DNA of 33,624 nt from positions 1 through 33,624 of the forward strand of contig CAYTYC010000013.1 of NCBI GenBank assembly GCA_964442255.1, written 5' to 3'. Origin of the DNA: an uncultured archaeon. GTDB taxonomy: Archaea > Iainarchaeota > Iainarchaeia > Iainarchaeales > 1-14-0-10-31-34. Position numbers and translations under genes: made by a program. Positions within the stretch are counted from its first letter, which is position 1; each line of letters opens with the position of its first letter. This document shows positions 1-8,232 of this stretch, piece by piece. A model generated the notes under the pieces. The model worked only from the letters and a program-made list of their open reading frames with translations, made no database searches and was not told the origin of the DNA.

Positions 1-80
1 TATTGTAGAAAGTGACTGGCAACCATGGTATTGTAGAAAGTGACTGGCAACCATGGTATTGTAGAAAGTGACTGGCAACC
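1..80. repeat. Perfect 28-bp tandem repeat (TATTGTAGAAAGTGACTGGCAACCATGG, about 2.9 copies, truncated by window start)
   Basis: Copies at 1-28, 29-56 and 57-80 with no spacers. Confidence 0.9.
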
Positions 81-138
81 AGTTTCTTTTGGTATTGCCT
101 GATTATTAACTGGTGTTGCGTTATAAATTTTTTGCCCC

Positions 139-411
139 TTGTTTTATCTGGTGCTTGTACGCTGGAGTCTGCACGCAAAGCACAGGTTTGCGGAGAGGGC
201 GGTCAACCTGGGGCTCAACTACTGTGAACTGGAGCTTGCCGTAAAGAAGCAAGAGTTCAGGATTAAGGAGGGAAAAAACAAGTTCAAGGCGGTTTTCAGG
301 ATCAGGGATTCAATTCTGGCTGCGGTGAAGATTGAAACACGGGAGTTTATCAATGTCTTGACGCTTTGGGAGGCAAGCGAAAAGGAGCCTGAAAAATGGA
401 GAAAGAAATAA
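139..411 (+). CDS. Putative type II toxin, RelE-like/DUF4258-type
   Basis: 90 aa basic protein with SLHAKHRFAER and C-terminal INVLTLW; overlaps the downstream Zn-ribbon/AbrB gene; TTG start uncertain. Confidence 0.6.
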   Translation: MFYLVLVRWSLHAKHRFAERAVNLGLNYCELELAVKKQEFRIKEGKNKFKAVFRIRDSILAAVKIETREFINVLTLWEASEKEPEKWRKK

Positions 412-726
412 AGTGCCATTTGTGCAACGGCAAAGCGAAACTGCATTTTGAGGACCTGAGTCTGGACCAGGGACGGATAATCATTAAAGGCTCCCCTCAC
501 TACAAATGTTCCAAATGCAGGGAAGGGTTTGCAACCGGCGGGCAGATGCAGGAATTAAGCGGGCAGATTAACACGAAGTTTGTGTTCCAGAGGCCGATAA
601 TCAATGCCGGCCGAAGCCTTGCCATAACCCTTCCGGCAGACCTTGTCCGGTTTTATGGCCTAAAAAAAGGGGAAAAAAATAAAGATAATCCCTGAAAACA
701 GGCATGCCTTAAAGATAAAGGTGGGC
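396..726 (+). pseudogene. Zn-ribbon (YgiT/MqsA-like) plus AbrB-domain antitoxin, frameshifted near the C-terminus
   Basis: CHLC..CSKC, then GRSLAITLPADLVRFYGLKKGE. The ORF stops at 695, but removing one A from the A7 run at 673-679 gives KIKIIPENRHALKIKV, matching the paralog's EITLIPEKGSIKIV. Confidence 0.7.
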
Positions 727-815
727 TGGAATCCATGGCTTGTTGCTGTTTCGGCAACCCTTAATGGCGAGAAATCATCGCCCTTTAATACTTTTTTCCG
801 TTAAAGTGTTAATGT

Positions 816-1880
816 ATGCTTTCGCTTTCTGAACTGCAGTTTGCAAAGAACTATCCTTTCACGCCTTCCGCAGCCAAGGCTGTAAAGGAATCGGCTTCCT
901 CTTTGGAGGGCTTAAGTTTTGAGGTTTTGCAGAGGGCAAAGTTTTCGTTGAAGAAGGCCGCGGAAGGAAAAGACTATTCCATGGAAAGGCTGGGCTCAAA
1001 CAGGGAACTGCTTTTGAATGAAGTTTTGGCTTTTCCTGCAGCGAAAATCCTTTTATCCATTTACAATGACCCCCGGCTTTACGGAAAATTTGCCTTCATG
1101 CACTCCAAAAACTGCTTTAAGCGCCTTGAATCAAATTCCTTTGAACTGGAGAAGATTGCAGAAGAGCTTTCAGTGAAATTCACCCGTGAAGGGGAAAATT
1201 TTTCCGTTCCCCTTTTGGAATACGTTTCCCTTAATTTCAGGGAGGATTTCATGAAGCTTGTGAACAGGCAGGCGGAAAAAGGAAAAGTTTTTTTGACGAA
1301 AACCGATTTTGCGCGCGTCCTTTCCGCGGCTGCAAGCAAAAAGATTTTTGATTCCCTTCCCGTGCAGACAAAAGGCTTTCCGAAGAATTTCCGGGAGGCG
1401 GCAAAAGAATTAAGGGAAGAGCTGAGGAACGCGGACTCCGCAAAGTCGTTTTCCGCAGTGCACGGAAAGCCGGCTTCCGAGCTTTTCCCCCCTTGCTTTG
1501 ACCGCCTGTACAAAAGCGCTTTGGACGGAAAAAAGCTTTCCCATCTGGAGAGATTCAACCTTGCGACCTTTCTAACTGCGGTTAATTTTTCGCATTCCGC
1601 TTTAATGGATTTGTTCAGGAAAATGCCCAACTACAAGGAAAAAACCGCTTCCTACCACCTTAAAAGAATCCGCGGTTCTGGTGAAAAACAGGCTTATTCC
1701 CCGGCAAGCTGCGCGAAAATGAGGCAGTACAGGCTCTGCTTTCCCGATGAACTGTGCAGGAACGTTAGGCATCCTTTGCAGTATTACAAGGCGAAACGGA
1801 AAACAGGCTCTCCCGAAAAATTTGGCCAAAAAAATGCGAAAACCCCTGTGGGCAAAAAAATAAATAGCCCGGTGCCCTAA
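816..1880 (+). CDS. priL: DNA primase large subunit
   Basis: N-terminal YPF, KLVNR, Fe-S domain FPPC...H.ERF...SC..M...LC...LC..VRHPLQYY. Confidence 0.93.
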   Translation: MLSLSELQFAKNYPFTPSAAKAVKESASSLEGLSFEVLQRAKFSLKKAAEGKDYSMERLGSNRELLLNEVLAFPAAKILLSIYNDPRLYGKFAFMHSKNCFKRLESNSFELEKIAEELSVKFTREGENFSVPLLEYVSLNFREDFMKLVNRQAEKGKVFLTKTDFARVLSAAASKKIFDSLPVQTKGFPKNFREAAKELREELRNADSAKSFSAVHGKPASELFPPCFDRLYKSALDGKKLSHLERFNLATFLTAVNFSHSALMDLFRKMPNYKEKTASYHLKRIRGSGEKQAYSPASCAKMRQYRLCFPDELCRNVRHPLQYYKAKRKTGSPEKFGQKNAKTPVGKKINSPVP

Positions 1881-1896
1881 TTTTTGTGGTGCAATA

Positions 1897-2103
1897 ATGG
1901 CGGACTTTTACGTTTTGTTCATTTTCCTTGTAATCCAGTTTGTAATCTACATTTACCTGTTTAAGTGGAGCGCGCAGTGGGCGTACGGAATCAGGGCAAC
2001 AGCAGGGCAGGCCCTTTTGCAGTGGATTGTTTTTGTGGTTGTGTCCATTGTAATGGGCTTCCTCTTTTTGATGTTCACGGGGCTGCTGGACTATTACATT
2101 TGA
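1897..2103 (+). CDS. Small membrane protein, two predicted TM helices
   Basis: 68 aa, two hydrophobic stretches, GTGGTG upstream. Confidence 0.65.
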   Translation: MADFYVLFIFLVIQFVIYIYLFKWSAQWAYGIRATAGQALLQWIVFVVVSIVMGFLFLMFTGLLDYYI

Positions 2104-2188
2104 TTTTCATGGCTGAAAAAAAAGAAAAGGCCGGGTTTATCCTGCGGTTTTCCGGGCGCAGGGGAAGGGCAGGGGACTAGGGGGTGCT

Positions 2189-2299
2189 GCACGTGTCCAT
2201 CCGTTTGGGAGGGAAGGGTGAAAAATGGCTGAAGGAAAGCTTACTGAAGCTTCAAATGTGAAGCACGTGTCCATCCGTTTGGGAGGGAAGGGTGAAAAA
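2189..2299. repeat. 37-bp perfect direct repeat flanking a unique 37-bp insert
   Basis: GCACGTGTCCATCCGTTTGGGAGGGAAGGGTGAAAAA at 2189-2225 and 2263-2299. Confidence 0.92.
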
Positions 2300-2567
2300 G
2301 GGTAAAGCGAAGTTTTTTTCCGGGATTTCCTTTAACTTANNNNNNNNNNNNNNNNNNNNNNNNNNNNNNNNNNNNNNNNNNNNNNNNNNNNNNNNNNNNN
2401 NNNNNNNNNNNNNNNNNNNNNNNNNNNNNNNNNNNNNNNATCAGCCAGTTTTTCACGTGGAAGGGTGAAAAAGGGTAAAGCGAAGTTTTTTTCCGGGATT
2501 TCCTTTAACTTAATCAGCCAGTTTTTCACGTGGAAGGGTGAAAAAGGGTAAAGCGAAGTTTTTTTCC
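2286..2567. repeat. 36-bp direct repeat plus 37-bp insert (73-bp period), spanning a scaffold gap
   Basis: GGAAGGGTGAAAAAGGGTAAAGCGAAGTTTTTTTCC at 2286-2321, 2459-2494 and 2532-2567; insert at 2495-2531, with the same insert split 18+19 bp around the N gap. Confidence 0.85.
2340..2439. other. Scaffold gap (100 N)
   Basis: N run. Confidence 1.
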
Positions 2568-2994
2568 CTTCAGCCGAAATAGAGGAATACCTTGACTCAG
2601 GCCCCCATAAAAACCGTAAAAGCTGGATAGGGTTTGCGAGTCTGCAAACCCGCCCCAAAAAAAAAGCGCATTGACTTTACGCATTCTTTCCCGGGATTCG
2701 AGCAAATCGGTCTGGGAAGGCGTGGGCTTGCGCGGGTGGCGGATTCTGCGGTTTTTTCAAGGGTGGAAAAGCTTTACCCGGGTTACAGCATACAGCCTGT
2801 TATGTCCTCCGGTGAAATGCGTGAATTGCACAGGGGTCAGGGAATAAGGGACTGTGAATTGATTCCTGTTCAGGAATTTGCGTGCAGGAAAAGGGATTAC
2901 GCAAGGGCAATGTTCAAAAAGCACCCGCCGAAGAGAAAATGATTTTTTTTTTCCCACAAAACCCATAAAAGGCTTTTTCCGGAAAGCTTTTTTC

Positions 2995-4206
2995 ATGCAG
3001 CCCGACTATTTCCTGAAAACGGCTTTCCGCGAGTTTTACCGCCATAATCCCGTGAATTCTGTGCCGGGCATTGGGCAAAGGGAATTCGGCTATGGCATTT
3101 TCGGCCACAAAATCCTTCAGCGCCACCTTGCTTTCAGGGACGCGAAAGAATTCAATGAATTTCTGGTGAAAGAAGCCCCGCTCTATGTTTCGGCAAGCGC
3201 GGCTTACTACGAGTTCCCGGAAAGAAAGCCCATGGAAGCAAAAAACCGGCTTAAGTCGGACATAGTGTATGAGTTTGACTCCGATGATTTGCGCATAGAC
3301 TGCCAAAATGAACATGACTCCTGGGAATGCAGGTGCGGAAAAAAAGGGAAAGGAATCGTGGAAAGATGCAGCGAGTGCGGGGAAAGGGTGGAGGTAAAGG
3401 AATGGCCTTGCGAAAACTGTTTGGAGGAAGTCAAAAAGCAGATGTTTTCATTGATTGAGCTGGTGAAGGGGGATTTCGGTTTGGAGGAGGGATTAAGCGT
3501 AAACTTTTCGGGCTCGAAGGGCTTTCACCTTCACCTCCGCTCAAAGGAAATTCAGTCCTTAACCAATAACGCAAGAATAGAGCTCCTGGATTATCTTACC
3601 TTGAATGAACTGAACACCGAATTCATTGGGTTCGGGAAACAAAAGAGGCTGCTTTCCCCAAAGCAGGGGGAAGTGAAGGGTTGGGGGAAAAGAATTCTGG
3701 AAGAAATGCAGAAAATAGTCGGGAGGGGGGACGCAAAAGAGCTGGTGAAAAAAAGCGCTGTCGGGCACAAAACCGCGGAAGAAATCGTGAAAAAAAGGGA
3801 TGAAATCCTTGAGGCGCTGGAAAAAGGCGAAAGGCTGCAGTCCTTTCCAAAGGCAGAAAAATTTTGGTCATCCCTTCTTGAATCAATTGTGGAGCAGTTG
3901 ATCCTGAAAATTGACCGCCAGACTTCGGTTGACGCGAGCAAAATCCTCCGTGTTCCGGATTCCCTGCACGGGGGCACGGGGTTCAAGGCAAGCTCAATTC
4001 CACTGGACAAGCTGGGGGAATTTAAGGCGTTCAGCGAAGCAATAGCTTTTTCAAACAATCCAGTGAAGGTATTTATCAGGGAGGCCCCCAAAGTCAGGTT
4101 CGGGGGGCAAAGCTTTGGGCCTTTCTTGCAAGAGGAAGCCGAGCTTCCGGAATACGCGGCGGTTTACTTCGCCGCAAAAGGTGCTGCAAATGGAGTTGTC
4201 CTATGA
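2995..4206 (+). CDS. priS: DNA primase small (catalytic) subunit
   Basis: QREFG, YEFDSDD, FSGSKGFHLH, IDRQTSVDASKILRVPDSLHGGTG; ATG at 2995 chosen over the upstream GTG. Confidence 0.95.
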   Translation: MQPDYFLKTAFREFYRHNPVNSVPGIGQREFGYGIFGHKILQRHLAFRDAKEFNEFLVKEAPLYVSASAAYYEFPERKPMEAKNRLKSDIVYEFDSDDLRIDCQNEHDSWECRCGKKGKGIVERCSECGERVEVKEWPCENCLEEVKKQMFSLIELVKGDFGLEEGLSVNFSGSKGFHLHLRSKEIQSLTNNARIELLDYLTLNELNTEFIGFGKQKRLLSPKQGEVKGWGKRILEEMQKIVGRGDAKELVKKSAVGHKTAEEIVKKRDEILEALEKGERLQSFPKAEKFWSSLLESIVEQLILKIDRQTSVDASKILRVPDSLHGGTGFKASSIPLDKLGEFKAFSEAIAFSNNPVKVFIREAPKVRFGGQSFGPFLQEEAELPEYAAVYFAAKGAANGVVL

Positions 4207-4753
4207 TGAAATAAGGCGGATTCACCGCCTGGAGAAGTCTTCACCAAAACTCACGGAGGTAGAAGAAGACTTTATGGATTCATTGGGCGAATTCCTTCAG
4301 GGCGAAAAAAAAACTTACATGGATTCATTGAAGGACATGAGCTTTTCCAAGGCAAAAAGCTACGGCAACATAAAAAAAATGCTTGAAGAAATTTTTTCAA
4401 TGCGCCAGAGAAAAATTTTGAACCTTGCCCTCATTTCCTCCAGCACAGGGGAAGCGGAGTATTCGAACATGACTTTCCAGGAAAAAGAACTGTGCAGGGA
4501 GCTTGTGAAGGTTTTATCCAGGCACAATGATTCCGCGAAAAAAGTTTTTGACGAATCCGCGCAGGCAAAAACTCCGGCGGGGCAGGAAAAAGATTTAAAT
4601 AAGGTTTCCATGCGCATTCTAAGGGAAGTTCCCTCTTTTGTCGGAACGGATATGAAGGAATACGGCCCTTTCAAGGAAAACCAAACCGTTGAACTTCCGC
4701 CCAAAATCGCGAAACTCTTTGTTTCAAGGAACCTTGGAAAAATGCAGGAGTGA
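4190..4753 (+). CDS. GINS15-family replication protein
   Basis: RQRKILNLA, NMTFQEKELC, C-terminal B domain ILREVPSFVGTDMKEYGPF; conserved position after priS. Confidence 0.88.
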   Translation: MELSYDEIRRIHRLEKSSPKLTEVEEDFMDSLGEFLQGEKKTYMDSLKDMSFSKAKSYGNIKKMLEEIFSMRQRKILNLALISSSTGEAEYSNMTFQEKELCRELVKVLSRHNDSAKKVFDESAQAKTPAGQEKDLNKVSMRILREVPSFVGTDMKEYGPFKENQTVELPPKIAKLFVSRNLGKMQE

Positions 4754-4759
4754 AATTTA

Positions 4760-4957
4760 ATGGCAAAGCCCGAAGTACCGCAGCCCAAAACAAAGTTCAT
4801 TAAGGTAAAGTGCGGAAGCTGCGGAAACGAGCAGGCAATTTTTTCTTCGCCCTCCTCAAAACCCAGGTGCCTTGTGTGCGAACAGGTTTTGGCTTTTCCC
4901 AAAGCCTCAAAGCTCGGGCTTGCGGGAAAAACAAAGGTTGTTAAGGAACTCCAGTAG
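4760..4957 (+). CDS. rps27e: 30S ribosomal protein S27e
   Basis: KFIKVKCGSCGNEQAIFS...CLVC. Confidence 0.95.
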   Translation: MAKPEVPQPKTKFIKVKCGSCGNEQAIFSSPSSKPRCLVCEQVLAFPKASKLGLAGKTKVVKELQ

Positions 4958-5740
4958 GTGAAAATTTTTTTGTCTGAAGAACTGCCGGAAACAGGGGAAG
5001 TGGTTGTATGCAGGGTAAATCGCGTGCTGAATTACGGGGTTTTCGTTGACCTGCTGGAGTACGGGGACGCGAAAGGGTTTGTGCACGTTTCCCAGGTTGC
5101 CTCAAGGTGGGTAAAAAACATCAGAAACTATGTGAAGGAAAACCAGCTCCGCGCGGCAAAAGTTTTGTACATTGACTCCCAAAAAAACCAGATTGACCTG
5201 AGTTTGGTCAAGGTTTCCCCAAGGGAACAAAGAAAAAAAATAGAGGAATACAAGCAATTCAAGCGCGCCCAAAAACTGGTTGAAGTGCTGGCGAAAAACG
5301 CCAAAAAGCCTTTTGACTCGGTTTGGGAGGGGATTGCCGAGCCCTTAATCCATGAATTCGGCTCCCTTCACGCAGGCTTCCAGGAAATTGCTTTAAGGAA
5401 AGGGGAGGCAGCAAAAGGAATCAGCCCTGAATGGCAGAAGCCATTGGTTGAGCTTGTCTCCAAAAGCATTTCCGTGCCAAAGAAAACGGTTAAAGGAACC
5501 CTTGTGCTTTCCTCCACCGCCCCGGACGGGGTGGAGGCAATCAAAAAGGCATTGAATGAAGCGAAAAAAGCCGCAAAGGGAAAGGAAACGGAAATATATT
5601 ACGAGGGCTCAAGCAATTATGTTTTAAAGGTTAGCTCGCACGATTTTAAGAGCGCGGAAAAACAGCTGAAAGAGCTCGGGGAAAAGGCGCTGGAAAGCAT
5701 TAAAGCTTCGGGCGGAACAGGGGAATTCAAAACCAAGTAA
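4958..5740 (+). CDS. eif2a: Translation initiation factor aIF-2 alpha
   Basis: S1 domain LPETGEVV...YGVFVDLLEY...HVSQVASRWVKNIR, then IDLSL and PDGVEAIK; true start may be the TTG at about 4970. Confidence 0.95.
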   Translation: MKIFLSEELPETGEVVVCRVNRVLNYGVFVDLLEYGDAKGFVHVSQVASRWVKNIRNYVKENQLRAAKVLYIDSQKNQIDLSLVKVSPREQRKKIEEYKQFKRAQKLVEVLAKNAKKPFDSVWEGIAEPLIHEFGSLHAGFQEIALRKGEAAKGISPEWQKPLVELVSKSISVPKKTVKGTLVLSSTAPDGVEAIKKALNEAKKAAKGKETEIYYEGSSNYVLKVSSHDFKSAEKQLKELGEKALESIKASGGTGEFKTK

Positions 5741-5775
5741 ACTTTTTGGGAAAAGTTTAAGCCGGGGTTGATTAA

Positions 5776-6549
5776 ATGGCGACAAAAATAACTGTTTTAA
5801 AGGATGTTAAGCTCAAGAACGGCGTGATGTTCACCGGCCTCCCCGGAATAGGTTTGGTGGGAAAAATTGCGGTGGACTACCTGCTCAAGCAGTTGAAGGC
5901 GGAAAAGGTTGCCGAAATTTTTTCTGACTCTTTTCCGCCGAGCGTGCACACAAAGGACTCCCTGTTGGAGCTCATAAAGGACGAAATCTATCACGTTAGC
6001 TCAAACGGAAACGACTTCCTGTTTTTGGCCGGCCCTGTCCAGCCCGCATTGGACGTGAGAAGCCCTTCCGCTTTGGAGCACTATGAGTTCGCGGAAAAGA
6101 TTGCGGAAAAAGCCAAGGAACTCGGTGTAAAGGAAATTTACACTCTCGCGGGAATCAACATAGGGGAAAGGAGAATGAACGCGGAACCCAAAATCGTTGT
6201 GGCGGCTTCCTCAAAAAAAACCCTGGAGGAATTCAGGAAACTCGGCGTCAAATTAAGCAAGGACGAGGGCTTAATCAGCGGCGCGGCGGGGCTGATTTTG
6301 GGGGTTGGAAAAGAAAAAGGCATGGGTGGGGCGTGCCTTATGGGCGAAACGAACGCGCGCCTCATTTACGGCGACCACGGCTCCGCGAAAAAGCTGATTG
6401 AATTGCTTGCAAAAAAGTACGGCTTCAAAATCCACATGGGCGAAATTGAAAAGGAGTCCAGGGAAATCGAGAAAGCCTTCACCCAGTTAAGCAAGAGCCT
6501 GGAAGAACAGGAAGACACGGGTGAAGGCGGGTTAAGCTACGTCCGGTAA
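5776..6549 (+). CDS. PAC2-family proteasome assembly chaperone
   Basis: GLPGIGLVGKIAVDYL, ISGAAGLILG, CLMGET, C-terminal SYVR. Confidence 0.9.
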   Translation: MATKITVLKDVKLKNGVMFTGLPGIGLVGKIAVDYLLKQLKAEKVAEIFSDSFPPSVHTKDSLLELIKDEIYHVSSNGNDFLFLAGPVQPALDVRSPSALEHYEFAEKIAEKAKELGVKEIYTLAGINIGERRMNAEPKIVVAASSKKTLEEFRKLGVKLSKDEGLISGAAGLILGVGKEKGMGGACLMGETNARLIYGDHGSAKKLIELLAKKYGFKIHMGEIEKESREIEKAFTQLSKSLEEQEDTGEGGLSYVR

Positions 6550-6551
6550 AC

Positions 6552-6843
6552 ATGCATTCAAAGGCTTTTGTTTTTCTGTTTGCTGTTTTTTTGGGGATTT
6601 TTTATTTTTTGGCTGTGTCCACGGCAGGGGGAAAGCGGAAACAACCCAAAAGCTATGCGGTGAAATAACCTCCGAAAATGTGCAGCAGGTTTCAGCATCG
6701 TTTACATAATAGAAAAAACTGTCGGCGAAGGAAGCAGGCTTGCATACCGCGATTCCCCGGGAAACTTCATTGAAAACGCTGTAAGGGAGGATGTGCCGGT
6801 TTTTGAAACCAAAACAGGAAAAAAAAACTCACTGCATTACTGA
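6552..6843 (+). pseudogene. Frameshifted lipoprotein remnant
   Basis: Signal-like MHSKAFVFLFAVFLGIF; a lipobox FGC appears only after a shift in the T runs (about 6598-6610); further shifted fragments follow. Confidence 0.5.
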
Positions 6844-6913
6844 AAGAGGAAAAGGGTGCCCTGAATACTGAATAGGGCTGTTTGGAAATAGGCTGCTGCA
6901 CTAAAATTGACTG

Positions 6914-8188
6914 CTAAAATTCTTTCAGCGTTTTTTGCCCTGTGCAGGGCTCCCTGCATTCCAGCTGTTTTCCTAACTCAATTTTTTTTCTTTCAAACTC
7001 TTGCTTTGAGTCGCACAAAACCGGCTTTCCGTAGTTTCCCCCCCCGCCGGGAATGAACAAAACCCAGTCATTGCGGAAGGCGGAGATTTTTTCCGCAGTC
7101 CCTTTTTCGACTTCCCTTAACTCTTCAATTGGCGTGTCGGCCAAAACATTTATTTCGTTTCCGAACCTTTCCACAAACCGTTTCCACTGCTCCTGCACCT
7201 TCACCCCGAAAACGTTTTTCGCTCCCAAAGAAAGCTGAATTATTTCCGCCAAGGGAAGAAGGTGAAGGTACTTCGGCCTGAAGCCCGGGTGTTCGCCTTC
7301 ACCCGAATCCGCGAGCTCCAGAATCCTGTCCTTCACCCCTTTTTTAACGCTTCTTCCGCATTCCGGGCACTTCCATTTTCCTGTTTCAGCCTCCTTTAAT
7401 GAAAGCTTTGCGTAGCAGTTGGAGCACGCACTGCAATGGTATTTTCCTTCTCTCGGGTCAAGCCCCGCATTCAGCGTAACCAGCGCATCATTCTTCCTCT
7501 CCAAAGCCTTCTTAAGGGAATTGAAGTCCGGTTTCCGGAGATTTATTCGTGTGAATTCCCTTCCAATCCGGTAAGGCCACGGCGAATGCGCGTCAGAGTT
7601 TGTGAGAAAACTCAGCGAATGGTTTTCCTTCATCAAATCCGCCAAATCCGTGTCCGCACTTAACCCAAGCTCAATGAAGTGGATGTTTTTTGCCTGTGCC
7701 CCGTAGCAGTCCCTTATTGAATTGAAGTGCGCGTAGATTCCAAAGTAAGGGGTGAACGCATGCGCTGCGCCAATCATTCCGCCTGCGTCCAAAACAATTT
7801 CCGCAATTTTCTCCGCATTCAGCCTGATTCTCGGCCTGCCTCCCCCAAAGGAGTCCATGTCATTGGAGTAAGGCTTCAGTTTTTGCTTGGCTTCCTGCAC
7901 TGAATTGAAATCCGGAAAGAAAAGAATGTGGTGAACTGAGTCAATGCACTGCACTTCCGTCTGCAGAATGAAGGGCATGGAATGCTGTTTGGATAGGAAA
8001 ACCCCGTTGCTTTCCTCCAGGGTTTCCTTTGCATGCAAAATCCATTCTTTGTGGAGAATGTCCGCGGTTCCCAGCAAATTCAACCCCTTTAATCTGGATT
8101 GCTCCGCGATTGTGGAAATAAGCATTTTCTTGCTTACCCCCCCGCTGTAAGGGCTGTGGAAATGCAAATCGCAGTTGAATTCCTTCAT
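6914..8188 (-). CDS. PHP-family phosphoesterase with Zn ribbon (TIGR00375/COG1379-like)
   Basis: DLHFHSPYS, GTAD, AHAFTP, ELGLSAD, NSDAHS, GKYH, CxxC..CxxC, PGGGGNYG. Confidence 0.9.
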   Translation of the reverse strand: MKEFNCDLHFHSPYSGGVSKKMLISTIAEQSRLKGLNLLGTADILHKEWILHAKETLEESNGVFLSKQHSMPFILQTEVQCIDSVHHILFFPDFNSVQEAKQKLKPYSNDMDSFGGGRPRIRLNAEKIAEIVLDAGGMIGAAHAFTPYFGIYAHFNSIRDCYGAQAKNIHFIELGLSADTDLADLMKENHSLSFLTNSDAHSPWPYRIGREFTRINLRKPDFNSLKKALERKNDALVTLNAGLDPREGKYHCSACSNCYAKLSLKEAETGKWKCPECGRSVKKGVKDRILELADSGEGEHPGFRPKYLHLLPLAEIIQLSLGAKNVFGVKVQEQWKRFVERFGNEINVLADTPIEELREVEKGTAEKISAFRNDWVLFIPGGGGNYGKPVLCDSKQEFERKKIELGKQLECREPCTGQKTLKEF

Positions 8189-8232
8189 TTTCTCCCCAAG
8201 TATTAATTAAAAAAGATTGCACATTCTTTAAA

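Larger units (their letters stand above)
2109..2942 (+). pseudogene. Decayed gene (possibly GNAT-like) interrupted by two duplication+insert events, two nonsense codons and a poly-A frameshift
   Basis: Removing the inserts gives MAEKK...GD*GVLHVSIRLGGKGEKG*SEVFFPSAEIEEYLDSGPHKNRKSWIGFASLQTRPKKK in one frame; an A9 slip (2657-2665) then leads into RIDFTHSFPG...GRRGLA...KKHPPKRK. Confidence 0.6.

Noticed and set aside
2630..2651. Hairpin GGGTTTGC/GCAAACCC as a terminator
   Set aside because: Lies inside the reconstructed pseudogene frame and has no plus-strand T tract
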